A stretch of 64,000 nt of DNA from Syntrophales bacterium (lineage in GTDB: Bacteria; Desulfobacterota; Syntrophia; Syntrophales; UBA2210): contig CAXXKT010000003.1 of NCBI GenBank assembly GCA_963662405.2, positions 499,956 through 563,955 of the forward strand. The letters are read 5' to 3'. Position 1 is the stretch's first letter. Each line of letters opens with the position of its first letter. Both the position numbers and the translations under genes were made by a program. The notes below the pieces were generated by a model. That model did not search any database. It saw only the letters and a program-made list of their open reading frames with translations, and had not been told where the DNA came from. Positions 42,368 through 52,155 of this stretch are shown here, in pieces.

Positions 42368-43731
42368 TTATCGGTTTTTCAGCCAGCCGGGATGTTTAAT
42401 TCCGAATCTTTTGATTTTGTAATTCAGGGCACGGGGACTGATCCCGAGAAGTCGTGCCGCATCTTTTTGAACCCAGAGACTTTTCTGAAGTGCATCCAAG
42501 ATTAATCTTTTCTCACCCGTCTCAAGGGGTTTTGGCGCATCGCTTACCGAAGGAGATTGTGGGGGGTTACCCAGTGTCGGTATGAACAGATTTTCTTTGT
42601 GGATGACCGAGCCCTCTTCCAGGATGACGGCCCGTTCGATGGCATTGGCGAGCTGCCGGATATTTCCCGGCCATTCGTAAGCCTTGATCCACGCAATACT
42701 TGCTGGTGAAAATGCCGCGATTTTTTTCTTCAACGTTGCAGCCGCTTTTTCAAGGAGCCACGATGCGAGGGGGGCGATGCATTCTTTCCGCTCGCGAAGG
42801 GGGGGAAGCTGTACCGACAGGATGTTTATCCGGTAGTAGAGATCTTCCCTGAATCGGCCCGCGGCGATCTGCTCTTCCAGGTTCCTGTTTGTGGCGACGA
42901 TCACTCGAACGTCGGAACGGATCGTCTGATTGCCCCCCACCCGCTCGAAGGCCTTTTCATCCAGTACCCGGAGCAGCTTTGCCTGGAGAGAGAGGCTGAT
43001 CTCCCCGATCTCGTCGAGAAAGAGGCTTCCCCCCCGTGCCTGTTCAAACCTGCCGATCCGTAGTTTTTCCGCACCGGTAAACGCCCCCCTCTCGTGGCCG
43101 AACAATTCACTCTCAAGGAGGGTCTCCGGGATGTTGGCGCAGTTAATCGGACGAAGGGTCTGCTTTTCCTGGCGCTGTTGAAGTGGATTGTCCCCGCCAA
43201 GAAACTCTTTCCCGTCCCCGTTTCTCCTGTCATCAGGATGGTCGCATCCGTCTGCGAGAATTTCTTGAGGGTCTTGATGATCCCTTTCATGATCGGGCTG
43301 AATGCAATAATTCTGTCAAAATCATAGATGATGTCTTGCTCGTGTCGCAGATAGGCGATCTCATGCTTCAGATTCGCCTGCTCGATCGCCTGTTTGACGA
43401 CGTGCCCGATCTTGACTGCTGAAAAGGGTTTGGTGATGAAATCGAAACTCCCCTCCTTGATCGCCCGTACCACCAGGGAGGCCTTTTCGATCTGGCTTGT
43501 AATGATCACCGGGGTATGGGGGAATGTAGATTTGACCCACGTGAGGAGGTCGAACGGGTCGATCTCTTGTATCTGCAGATCAAGGACGATTACATCACAT
43601 GGATGGAGCTTCAATTCGTTGAAGACATCGTTCCCCGGTGTCCAGGAATATGTTGTGTACGATGTGGCGAGGGCATCTCGGAGAAACTGTCGCCATTTCC
43701 CGTCTGGTTCTACGATGTATATTCTACGCAT
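42368..43731 (-). CDS. Sigma54-dependent response regulator (REC-AAA+-HTH, PrsR/NtrC-like); frameshifted as sequenced at about 43149
   Basis: ORF 42901..43731 (REC, GETGTGKS) and ORF 42368..43105 (GAFTGA, FLDEIGE, WPGNIRQL, HTH) join with one added base: PFV-(P)-INCANIPETLLESELFGH, about 454 aa. Confidence 0.88.
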
Positions 43732-43835
43732 GAATACGGCTTCCTACCTTGAAAGAGGGCAACCGCACAGTATGTGGGATTTCACCCAACCGCGGGGAAA
43801 AGACCCCTCTCGCCCGTTTGGTCGCGTTGCTGCTC

Positions 43836-46265
43836 CTAGCTCTCTGCGCCCATCTTTTCGATCATCCGTTCCACCTGAGCCGAATCTTTCTTTCCCAGCC
43901 CCAGTTTTATGGCTTGACGGAACTCCTCCCGTGCCTGGGGAAAGTCTTGTTCCCGATAATAAACCAATCCAAGATGGTAGTGGAATACCGGATGCTTGGG
44001 GGCCATCCCGATCGCCGCTTTGAATTGGTTCTTGGCCATGAGGAGAGAATCCCTTTTGAAATAGACCCACCCCAGGGTATCGATCACGTCGGCACTTTCG
44101 GGAATGAGTTTTTTTGCCTCGATCGCCAACGACAGGGCGCGATCGAGATCCCGGCCCAATTCGGCGTACAGGTAGGCCAGGTCGTTTGCCGCAGGGCCGT
44201 ACGATGCATTGACCTTCAGGAGGCTTTCATATGAATCGATGGCCTTGCCCATGTCTCCCATGGAGCGGTAGATATGTGCCATCCGTATGTAGGCCGGGTA
44301 ATTGTGGGCATTCAGTTGTATGACCTTCCGGTACATCTCCAGCGCGGAATCGTAATCCCGCTCTGCCAAAGATGCCGTGGCCATCAACCTCAGGGGAAGC
44401 GCGGATTCGGGATATCTCGAGATCATATCGGAGAGAAGACTTTTTGCCTTTCCCATTTGTTTCTGGTCGATAAAGACCCCGGCCTTTATGAGGGATGCAC
44501 GCAGGTCATGCGGTCTTTTTTTGAGATATTCGTCGCACAGATCCAGGGCCTCCCGGTACTGTTTCCTTTCCATATAGATCTCAACCATTCCCTGGAGGGG
44601 CCTGGATGGGTCCGAATAGGAATAGAGAATCTCACGAAGATCGCTCAGGGCCTCATCCAATTTCCCCTGGGCCCGATACACGACCGCCAACTGCATCCTG
44701 ATCTGAGGCTGATCGGGGTTGCGCTTCAGGATCGATCTATAGTCTGCGACAGCCGCTTCATACTGTTTGGATTGAGCGTAGGCGATTGCTCGGAGGACGA
44801 GGGCCTCGTCATTGTCCGGGTGTTCCTTCAGTACCTTGTCGATTTCTTCCAGTGCTAAAGACGCCTTGCCTGTTTTTACATAGACATAGGAGAGAGTCAG
44901 TCGCATCTTAACGGAGGTGGGATCCTTTTCAAGGGCCTGCAGGATCTCCGACAGAGATATATCATACTGTTGATCATCCAGAAATGTCAGGCCGTAGTAA
45001 TAGTGACCCTCCGCCGATTTTGGATCCAGAACCCGGGCCATCGAAAACTCTTCCCTGGCCTCGGAGATCTTGCCTTCCTTCCTGAGAAGGATTCCCTTCA
45101 GCAGATGCCCCTTGGCGTATTCCGGTTCTTCTTTTAAAATTTCCTCGATATGCTTGAGGGCTTGATCTTCTTGCCTTTCGGCAAGAAGGAGTTCGGCGAT
45201 CTTTGATTTCACCGGCAGGAGCTTGGGCCATTTCTCGATGATCCGTTCATATGTTTCCAAGGCCTCAGGATATTGCTTCAAAAGGACATGGTAGTCAGCC
45301 AGGAGAATCAAGCTGTTCTGATCATCCGGCGAGAGGGCAACGGCGTCCTTGAAACTCTGGAGGGCGCCAGCCCGATCATTTCGTCTGTGCTGAACGACAG
45401 CCAGTGCTTGATATAATGCCGGTTGCTTCAGTCCGTGCTCCATTCCCTCGCGAAGCGCGGCTTCCGCATCCTCCAATTGGTTCCTGTTCAGATAGTGCCG
45501 TGCGAGAGTCAGGTAGGAAACCGGGTTGTCCGGAAAATCGCTTTTAATGTCGAGAAGAGTCCCTTCGGCAAGGTCGTACAGGCGAATCGCGGTATAGAAA
45601 TCGGCGAGAGACAGACGAGTGATGATATTATCGTAATCGATCGCGACCGCCGCTTCCATCATCCTTCGCGCTTCTTCCGGTTGATTGTTCCGGAGGAATG
45701 CACGGCCCAACTGTATCTTCGGATTCGGCTTGTCTGGGTGGACTCGAACCGCTTCCGACAGCACCTGTATCGCATCGTCTATCTTTTCGGTGTTTATCAA
45801 AGAGATTCCCAAGGGTATCAGGGTTTCAAGGTCTGCGCCGAGACGTTCCTTCAGCTCGGTGTACACCTGAATCGCCTGGGGATAGGCGCGGCTTCGGAAG
45901 TATAAGAGGGCCAAGAGCTTCCTCGCCTCGTTCAAACCGGGATCATATTTGATGGCCTGCTTCAGTTCTTTTTCCGCCTGGTGCGGACGTCGGGCCTCAA
46001 TAAAAAGGGATCCGAGCTGATAATGGGCCTGGGCATGGTAAGGGTTTTTCTGTACCGCGTTTCTGAAGTGGATTATGGCGGCATCGCTCTTTTGCTCCTC
46101 CAAGGCTTTTATCCCTGCCTGGTAATAGCGTTCGGCCCTCTTTTCATCCCCCTCAAAGAAGGAACACCCGGTGCCCAGGAACCCTGAGGTCATAATAGAT
46201 AAAAGAATCAATATCTTAATCAATCTTGCGTTCTTCACACCTTTTTCCCTTCCGGATACGATCAT
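43836..46265 (-). CDS. Large TPR-repeat lipoprotein (PrsT-like, PEP-CTERM associated)
   Basis: Lipobox-like LGTG-C, many TPRs, C-terminal AANDLAY..DTLGWVYFK..HYHLG; adjacent to a PEP-CTERM gene. Confidence 0.85.
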   Translation of the reverse strand: MIVSGREKGVKNARLIKILILLSIMTSGFLGTGCSFFEGDEKRAERYYQAGIKALEEQKSDAAIIHFRNAVQKNPYHAQAHYQLGSLFIEARRPHQAEKELKQAIKYDPGLNEARKLLALLYFRSRAYPQAIQVYTELKERLGADLETLIPLGISLINTEKIDDAIQVLSEAVRVHPDKPNPKIQLGRAFLRNNQPEEARRMMEAAVAIDYDNIITRLSLADFYTAIRLYDLAEGTLLDIKSDFPDNPVSYLTLARHYLNRNQLEDAEAALREGMEHGLKQPALYQALAVVQHRRNDRAGALQSFKDAVALSPDDQNSLILLADYHVLLKQYPEALETYERIIEKWPKLLPVKSKIAELLLAERQEDQALKHIEEILKEEPEYAKGHLLKGILLRKEGKISEAREEFSMARVLDPKSAEGHYYYGLTFLDDQQYDISLSEILQALEKDPTSVKMRLTLSYVYVKTGKASLALEEIDKVLKEHPDNDEALVLRAIAYAQSKQYEAAVADYRSILKRNPDQPQIRMQLAVVYRAQGKLDEALSDLREILYSYSDPSRPLQGMVEIYMERKQYREALDLCDEYLKKRPHDLRASLIKAGVFIDQKQMGKAKSLLSDMISRYPESALPLRLMATASLAERDYDSALEMYRKVIQLNAHNYPAYIRMAHIYRSMGDMGKAIDSYESLLKVNASYGPAANDLAYLYAELGRDLDRALSLAIEAKKLIPESADVIDTLGWVYFKRDSLLMAKNQFKAAIGMAPKHPVFHYHLGLVYYREQDFPQAREEFRQAIKLGLGKKDSAQVERMIEKMGAES

Positions 46266-46454
46266 TGATCGGTTTTTGAGTACACCAGATTATTCTGTAT
46301 GACATTTTATTATGAAATCAATGGGTTGTCAATGAAATAACCATTCCGTCAGAGTTTATCCCTTGTTGACAGGGACCGTATAGTGCTACAAAATGGACCA
46401 GCAGGCAGACCCATGATTGCTGTGGTTGTTATTCTATCTGGGGAGAGGAGAGGC

Positions 46455-48110
46455 ATGAAGCGACAAACCGTCAGTGGATCGGTTCACCGCATCGCGGCGA
46501 TTATAATCATCAGCGTGCTCCTCTCTGCTTGTGGGGGTGGGGGCGAGGAACACGCCGATGTAGAGATGCCGTCCGCTGATATCCCCGCCTACGGAGATAT
46601 TATTGTCGAGGGCTCAATCGGCGATGCATCGAATCTGATCCCCATCCTCTCTTCGGATAGTACCTCTCATGAGATTGCGTCCTTGGTTTTCAACGGTCTC
46701 GTGAAGTATGACCGGGACATGAAGGTGGTGGGTGATCTGGCGGAGTCGTGGGATATATCGGAGGACGGTCTCGAGATTACCTTCTACTTGAAAAAAGGGG
46801 TCCGGTGGCACGACGGGCACCCCTTTTCCGCCGAGGATGTCCTCTTCACCTACCGTCTGACCATCGACCCCAAGACACCGACCGCATACGCGGGAGACTT
46901 TTTGAGGGTAAAGGAGGTCGAGGTCCTCGATCCCCACACCATTCGCGTTACCTACCCCGAACCGTTCGCCCCGGCCCTGATGAGTTGGGGGGCCGCCGTT
47001 CTCCCCCGACACCTGTTGGAGGGGAAGGACATTACGCGGGTCCCTTCCGCCCGTCACCCGATCGGGACGGGACCGTACCTTTTCAAGGAGTGGAAGACCG
47101 GACAGAAGATCGTCCTCGTTTCCAACCCGGACTATTTCGAGGGGAGGCCCTATATCGACGGGTACATCATGCGGATCATCCCCGACACGGCCACCATGTT
47201 TCTGGAACTCCGCGCGAAGGGGATCGACCGGATGGGACTGACGCCCCTGCAGTACACCCGGCAGACGGAAAACAACCTGTTTCGGAATAACTTCAATAAA
47301 TACAAATATCTTTCATTCTCCTATTCCTATCTCGGCTACAACCTGGATCATCCCCTGTTTCGGGATCGGCGGGTCAGGCAGGCCATCAGCTACGCGATAA
47401 ACAAGGAGGAGATTGTCGAGGGGGTCTTGCTCGGCCTGGGGCAGGAGGCGATCGGCCCCTTCAAACCGGGGACATGGCCGTACAATCCCGATGTGAGGCG
47501 ATACCCTTATGATCCTGCCCGGGCAAGAGAACTCCTCGCCCGGGCGGGGTGGCAAGACTCGGACGGGGATGGTCTCCTGGATCGCGACGGCAGTCCCTTT
47601 GCATTCGAGATCATCACGAACCAGGGGAATGAAGTCAGGGCGAAATGTGCCGAGATCATCCAGCGACGGCTTGCCGATATCGGTATTACGGTCAAGATCA
47701 GGGTCATCGAATGGGCCGCCTTTATCAACGAATTTATCAATAAAAAGCGATTCGACGCGACGATCCTCGGGTGGACCATCACCCTTGATCCCGACCTGTA
47801 TGATGTGTGGCATTCGAGCAAGACGCGGCCCGGCGAGCTGAATTTTGTCTCTTTTAAAAACAATGAGGTGGATGAACTGCTGGAGAAGGGGCGGGGGACC
47901 TTCGACCGGAAGGAACGGAAACGGTGTTATGACCGGATCCAGGAGATCCTTGCCGAGGAGCAGCCCTATACCTTCCTGTATGTCCCGGACGCACTCCCCA
48001 TCATCGGCAGCCGGTTCCGGGGCATCGATCCCGCCCCCATCGGGATCGGCCATAACTTCATTCGATGGTATGTCCCGAAGGGTGAGCAACGATATGTGAT
48101 GACGCGGTAG
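46455..48110 (+). CDS. ABC transporter peptide-binding lipoprotein (family 5, AppA-like)
   Basis: LLSAC lipobox, GDLAESW, GVRWHDG.PFSAEDVLFT, PIGTGPY, VRQAISYAIN. Confidence 0.92.
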   Translation: MKRQTVSGSVHRIAAIIIISVLLSACGGGGEEHADVEMPSADIPAYGDIIVEGSIGDASNLIPILSSDSTSHEIASLVFNGLVKYDRDMKVVGDLAESWDISEDGLEITFYLKKGVRWHDGHPFSAEDVLFTYRLTIDPKTPTAYAGDFLRVKEVEVLDPHTIRVTYPEPFAPALMSWGAAVLPRHLLEGKDITRVPSARHPIGTGPYLFKEWKTGQKIVLVSNPDYFEGRPYIDGYIMRIIPDTATMFLELRAKGIDRMGLTPLQYTRQTENNLFRNNFNKYKYLSFSYSYLGYNLDHPLFRDRRVRQAISYAINKEEIVEGVLLGLGQEAIGPFKPGTWPYNPDVRRYPYDPARARELLARAGWQDSDGDGLLDRDGSPFAFEIITNQGNEVRAKCAEIIQRRLADIGITVKIRVIEWAAFINEFINKKRFDATILGWTITLDPDLYDVWHSSKTRPGELNFVSFKNNEVDELLEKGRGTFDRKERKRCYDRIQEILAEEQPYTFLYVPDALPIIGSRFRGIDPAPIGIGHNFIRWYVPKGEQRYVMTR

Positions 48111-48116
48111 GACCGG

Positions 48117-49538
48117 TTACTCAAATTGAAACGTTCCCTCCGTCAGGAGGGAAAGGCACACATCCACCACCGCGGAATCGTACAGTGTCCCCTTGTTGTT
48201 TGAGATTTCCTCGATGGCCTTGTCGAATCCCATGGCCGAACGGTACGGCCGATGGGACACCATCGCCTCGACGACATCGGCCACGGCGAGGATCTTTGCC
48301 CCGATGCACATCTTCTCTTCGTCGATACCTTTGGGATACCCTGAACCGTCCAGTCTCCCGTGGTGCTGGAGGATAATCTCCGCTATCGGCCAGGGGAATT
48401 GGATTTCCTTCAATATGCTGCTGCCGACCTCCGGGTGGGTCTTGATCAGATCCATCTCATTTATACTGAGGGGACCGGGTTTGTTCAGGATCTCTCCGGG
48501 GATCTGGACCTTGCCGACATCATGTATCAGCGCCGCCATCCGTATGCCGATCGCCTCTACCTCGGGAAGTTTCATTTCCCGGGAGATGGCGTCGGCAAGT
48601 TGTGCCACGCGACGCTGATGACCCGCGGTATAGGGGTCCCGTATCTCGACGGTAAATGCCAGTGTCCGCACGGTCTCTTCCAGCATATGCTGGAGGTTAT
48701 CGTAGCTCTCCTTCAGCTGTCGCTCCCGTTGCTCGTGCTCGGTAACATCGCGGGCGACCCCCCTGAATCCTACCGGATTCCCGGACGCATCCAGTATCAG
48801 GGAGGCGGACATATCATGGATCCGAATGCCCCCGTTTTTCCGTATCACCTCATACCCATTCATCTGTGCGGGGTTCCCCCCGGCGTGAATCTGCCTGAAT
48901 GTCTCAGAGAGCTGTTGTGCCGTTTCCGGGCTGGTGTACCGCCGGTTGCTCATCCCCAGGAGTTCTGCGGGTGAGTAACCGGTCATCCTGCACAGGGCGT
49001 CATTAAAAAAGGTGAAATTGCCCGCAAGGTCAAGCTCGAAGTACCCTTCCTCAATACTCTCGAGTATGTTCCGGTACCGTTCTTCGCTTTTTTCCAGAAC
49101 CTCCCGGTTTTCTTTTCGCTTGCTGATATCTCTGGCGATAGCGATAAAACCCGACTGTTGCCCGTTGCCATCGGTCAGGAAGCTGGTTTTAATCTCCGTC
49201 CACACCGTGGAGCCGTCCTTCCTGATCATCTCGATCTCTGCGGGGACGTTCCGTTCGGCGTCGCTCCGTTGCAAGCATTCTTTCATCCATTGACCCGTTT
49301 CGGCGAGAAAGGCGTCTAGAGATCCGGGCGCAATGATACGCTCCAGTCCCGAGCGACCGGTGTTATCAAAGACACTCATCAGTTCTGCCTCTGTGTACCC
49401 GAGAAGGTGTTCGACGGACGGATTTGCATAGATGAGTCTCAGTCTCATGTCCCAGACGGTAATCATATCCGGTACCGTCTCGGTTATGACCCGGTAGAGA
49501 TCGTCTTTTTTTGAGAGATTCCTGATCGTGTTTTTCAT
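48117..49538 (-). CDS. Two-PAS HD-GYP domain protein (putative c-di-GMP phosphodiesterase)
   Basis: Two PAS/PAC domains; RDPYTAGHQRRV, HDVGK, HHGRLDGSGYP, ADVVEAM.SHRPYR. Confidence 0.9.
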   Translation of the reverse strand: MKNTIRNLSKKDDLYRVITETVPDMITVWDMRLRLIYANPSVEHLLGYTEAELMSVFDNTGRSGLERIIAPGSLDAFLAETGQWMKECLQRSDAERNVPAEIEMIRKDGSTVWTEIKTSFLTDGNGQQSGFIAIARDISKRKENREVLEKSEERYRNILESIEEGYFELDLAGNFTFFNDALCRMTGYSPAELLGMSNRRYTSPETAQQLSETFRQIHAGGNPAQMNGYEVIRKNGGIRIHDMSASLILDASGNPVGFRGVARDVTEHEQRERQLKESYDNLQHMLEETVRTLAFTVEIRDPYTAGHQRRVAQLADAISREMKLPEVEAIGIRMAALIHDVGKVQIPGEILNKPGPLSINEMDLIKTHPEVGSSILKEIQFPWPIAEIILQHHGRLDGSGYPKGIDEEKMCIGAKILAVADVVEAMVSHRPYRSAMGFDKAIEEISNNKGTLYDSAVVDVCLSLLTEGTFQFE

Positions 49539-49588
49539 GGGTGACGGCCTTTTTCAGATGTCCCGGGTTCGATGCCCGGTCCATCCTG

Positions 49589-50980
49589 CTATGCTTCTGA
49601 TTTCAGGTTGTCCCGGAGGTACTCCTTGAACAGGGGATAGTCAGCGGGGAGGAGGGCCGGTTCGCCTCTTCGTTTGTCAATTCCTTTCATGCTGTCCGGC
49701 ATCTCAGGGGTGATGCCAAGGAGAGCTTCGATCTCATCCGGGAATTTTGCCGGATGCGCAGTCTCTATCGAAACGCAGAGGGGAGCATTACCGTACCGGT
49801 CAAGGTAGATCTCAAGCCCCCGCCATCCCACCGCCCCGTGGGGCTCCAGGATGACGCCGTATCGCTTGTAGGTGTCTTTGATACAGGTCCTCGTCTCATC
49901 ATCCGAGACGCTGACGGAGAAGATATTGCGGCGCATCGTCTCTCTATCGGGATAGCTGTGAACCTTTCCCGTTCTGTCCACGGTACCGCCGTACAGATCG
50001 AAAAAGCGGGCGAGGTTGCTCGGGTGTCCCACATTCATGGCGTTCGAGAGACATGCCAGCGAAGGAGACACCTTCTCATAGGTCCCCTCGTGGAGGAAGC
50101 GGGGGAACTCGTTATTTTCGTTGGTCGGCATGAGCAGTTTTTTGACGGGGAGTCCCATCCGCCGCGCATATTCGCAACCCAGGGCGTTGCCGAAATTTCC
50201 CGAAGGGACCGATACAACGATCTCTTCTCCCCTTTCCCGGAAGAGTTGAGCGTAGGCGTAGACGTAGTAGACCATCTGGGGGAGGATCCTGCCGAAATTG
50301 ATGGAATTTGCCGACGTGAAAGAAAGGGGGGCAAGATCGGGATCGGCGAAGGCCTCCTTGACCAGGTTCTGACAGTCGTCGAATTTTCCGTCGATGGAGA
50401 TCGCCCGGACATTGTCACCGATGGTGTCGAGCTGTTTCTTCTGCCGTTCGCTGACCTCTCTCCGAGGGTACAGGATATGGACATCGATTCCCTCGACTCC
50501 CTTGAATGCCTCGCCGACCGCGCTCCCCGTATCCCCGGAGGTCGCGACCAGGACGTTCAAACGCCGCTTCCGGTCGCGGAAATGCCCCATCAGGCGTGCC
50601 ATCATCCGTGCGGCAAAGTCCTTGAAGGATGCCGTCGGCCCCTGGTCGAGGCGCATGATGAAGGTGTGATCGGTGACCTGCTCCAGGGGAACGGAAAAGG
50701 GATATGAATCTTCGATGATTGTCCGGAGGGTCACGGTGTCAATCTCGGTACGTAGGAAGAACTCGGCGATCAACATCCCCGCCTCGGGATACGGTTTTCC
50801 CTTCAGCGAGACGATATCTTCGTAGGGTATCGTCGGTATCCGGTCCGGCATGAACAATCCCTCGTCCGGTGCCTGTCCTCGGAGGAGGGCTTCCTTGAAG
50901 GAGACAACTCCCGTGAAGGGAGTGATTCCCTTCTCGCCCCTCAGATTTCTGTTGGTGCTGTAGTAGCGTATCGCTTCCAT
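49589..50980 (-). CDS. thrC: Threonine synthase
   Basis: GPTASFKDF PLP-lysine motif, ATSGDTG, SANSINFGR, VPSGNFGN, ETAHPAKF. Confidence 0.92.
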   Translation of the reverse strand: MEAIRYYSTNRNLRGEKGITPFTGVVSFKEALLRGQAPDEGLFMPDRIPTIPYEDIVSLKGKPYPEAGMLIAEFFLRTEIDTVTLRTIIEDSYPFSVPLEQVTDHTFIMRLDQGPTASFKDFAARMMARLMGHFRDRKRRLNVLVATSGDTGSAVGEAFKGVEGIDVHILYPRREVSERQKKQLDTIGDNVRAISIDGKFDDCQNLVKEAFADPDLAPLSFTSANSINFGRILPQMVYYVYAYAQLFRERGEEIVVSVPSGNFGNALGCEYARRMGLPVKKLLMPTNENNEFPRFLHEGTYEKVSPSLACLSNAMNVGHPSNLARFFDLYGGTVDRTGKVHSYPDRETMRRNIFSVSVSDDETRTCIKDTYKRYGVILEPHGAVGWRGLEIYLDRYGNAPLCVSIETAHPAKFPDEIEALLGITPEMPDSMKGIDKRRGEPALLPADYPLFKEYLRDNLKSEA

Positions 50981-51027
50981 ACGTTTTGGTTCCCGTTCAA
51001 TATCGTGTATGTCGTTTCATGAGGACT

Positions 51028-51960
51028 TCAATGAGAATCGAGATATTCCGAACCCTTCACGGAACGCATGAACAATTCGTGGTGACGCATCAAGTTGAAT
51101 TGCTTCTTGTAGATCAAGTAGAAGTTTCTTTCAATCGTACAGCCGTCGACCGGTTCTTCTACGAGGAAACCGTTCGCCAGTTCCCGAGCCACGGCGCGGA
51201 ACGAAAGGATGGAGACCCCCAGACCGGCGATGACCGCCTCCTTGACGGCCTCGGAGCTTCCCAGCTCGGCGACGATATTAAACCGGGACAGCTGTTTGCT
51301 CATGTTACGCTGGAGGTACTCTTCAAGGACCGATCGGGTGGCGGAGCCGCGCTCTCTCATGATAAAGGGTTCCCGAGACAGGTCATCAATGGATACGGAT
51401 GATTCCGTGCTCCACCGATGTCCTTCAGGGATGACCAGGATCAGTCGATCTTTCCAGATCGCTTCGACGTGCAGCTTCCTGTCGGATACCTCCTTGCCGA
51501 TAAAGCCAACCTCCGCCCGGTTATCGAGAATGAGATCCACGGTTGCATCGCTGTCGTTCGTTTGAGCATAACAGCGGATGCGGGGATACATTGCATTGAA
51601 GGCCCTCAATACGTGCGGGAGGATATAGGTGGCGGGGATGGTGCTGGCGCTGATGAAGATACTGCCCGAATCGTCTTCCTGAGTCCGGGCGATCTTATCC
51701 TTCGCCTCATCCACCAGCTTGAATACACGGCGGGCGTATTCGTAGAGAATCCTTCCCTCCGGTGTCAGGGATATCCCCGAACTCTTGCGGTCGACCAGGA
51801 GGGTTCCGATTGTTTCTTCCAGGTTCTTTATGTGTTTCGTCAGGGAAGGTTGTGTCAGATACATCTTCTTGGCCGCCCGGCTGAAACCCTGCTCCTCGAC
51901 CAGCCTGATCAATGCCTCCATCTGCTGGAGGGTGATATTCTTGAATGTGTTGTTTTTCAT
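51028..51960 (-). CDS. LysR-family regulator (CysL-like, selenium-metabolism-associated), divergent from selD
   Basis: FSRAAKKMYLTQPSLT HTH; ASTIPATYILP, RERGSATR, GSSEAVKEAVIAGLG. Confidence 0.92.
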   Translation of the reverse strand: MKNNTFKNITLQQMEALIRLVEEQGFSRAAKKMYLTQPSLTKHIKNLEETIGTLLVDRKSSGISLTPEGRILYEYARRVFKLVDEAKDKIARTQEDDSGSIFISASTIPATYILPHVLRAFNAMYPRIRCYAQTNDSDATVDLILDNRAEVGFIGKEVSDRKLHVEAIWKDRLILVIPEGHRWSTESSVSIDDLSREPFIMRERGSATRSVLEEYLQRNMSKQLSRFNIVAELGSSEAVKEAVIAGLGVSILSFRAVARELANGFLVEEPVDGCTIERNFYLIYKKQFNLMRHHELFMRSVKGSEYLDSH

Positions 51961-51974
51961 GGGGATCGAATATC

Positions 51975-52048
51975 ATAAGAGGTGGCTATAATCAATCATG
52001 ATTCATAGCGACAATGAATTTGACACATTCAGTGAATTCAGATAGAAG
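51975..52048 (+). promoter_or_regulatory. selD promoter with two LysR-type boxes
   Basis: ATAAGAGGTGGCTAT (51975), perfect dyad ATTCAT-N7-ATGAAT (52001-52019), TTGACA (52020)-N17-TAGAAG. Confidence 0.75.
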
Positions 52049-52155
52049 GCAGGCATACTGTGCGTGACAGTAAGGATTGTGATTCTGTGAAGCGCCTTCC
52101 GACAAATCCTCATTGATGGTTCGTGAACCCGAGAGAGGAAAGAAAGGGGTCCGAC

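Noticed and set aside
43770..43800. GGGTGAAATCCC on the minus strand, resembling part of an FMN riboswitch
   Set aside because: The rest of the RFN consensus is missing and the context is unrelated to flavin.
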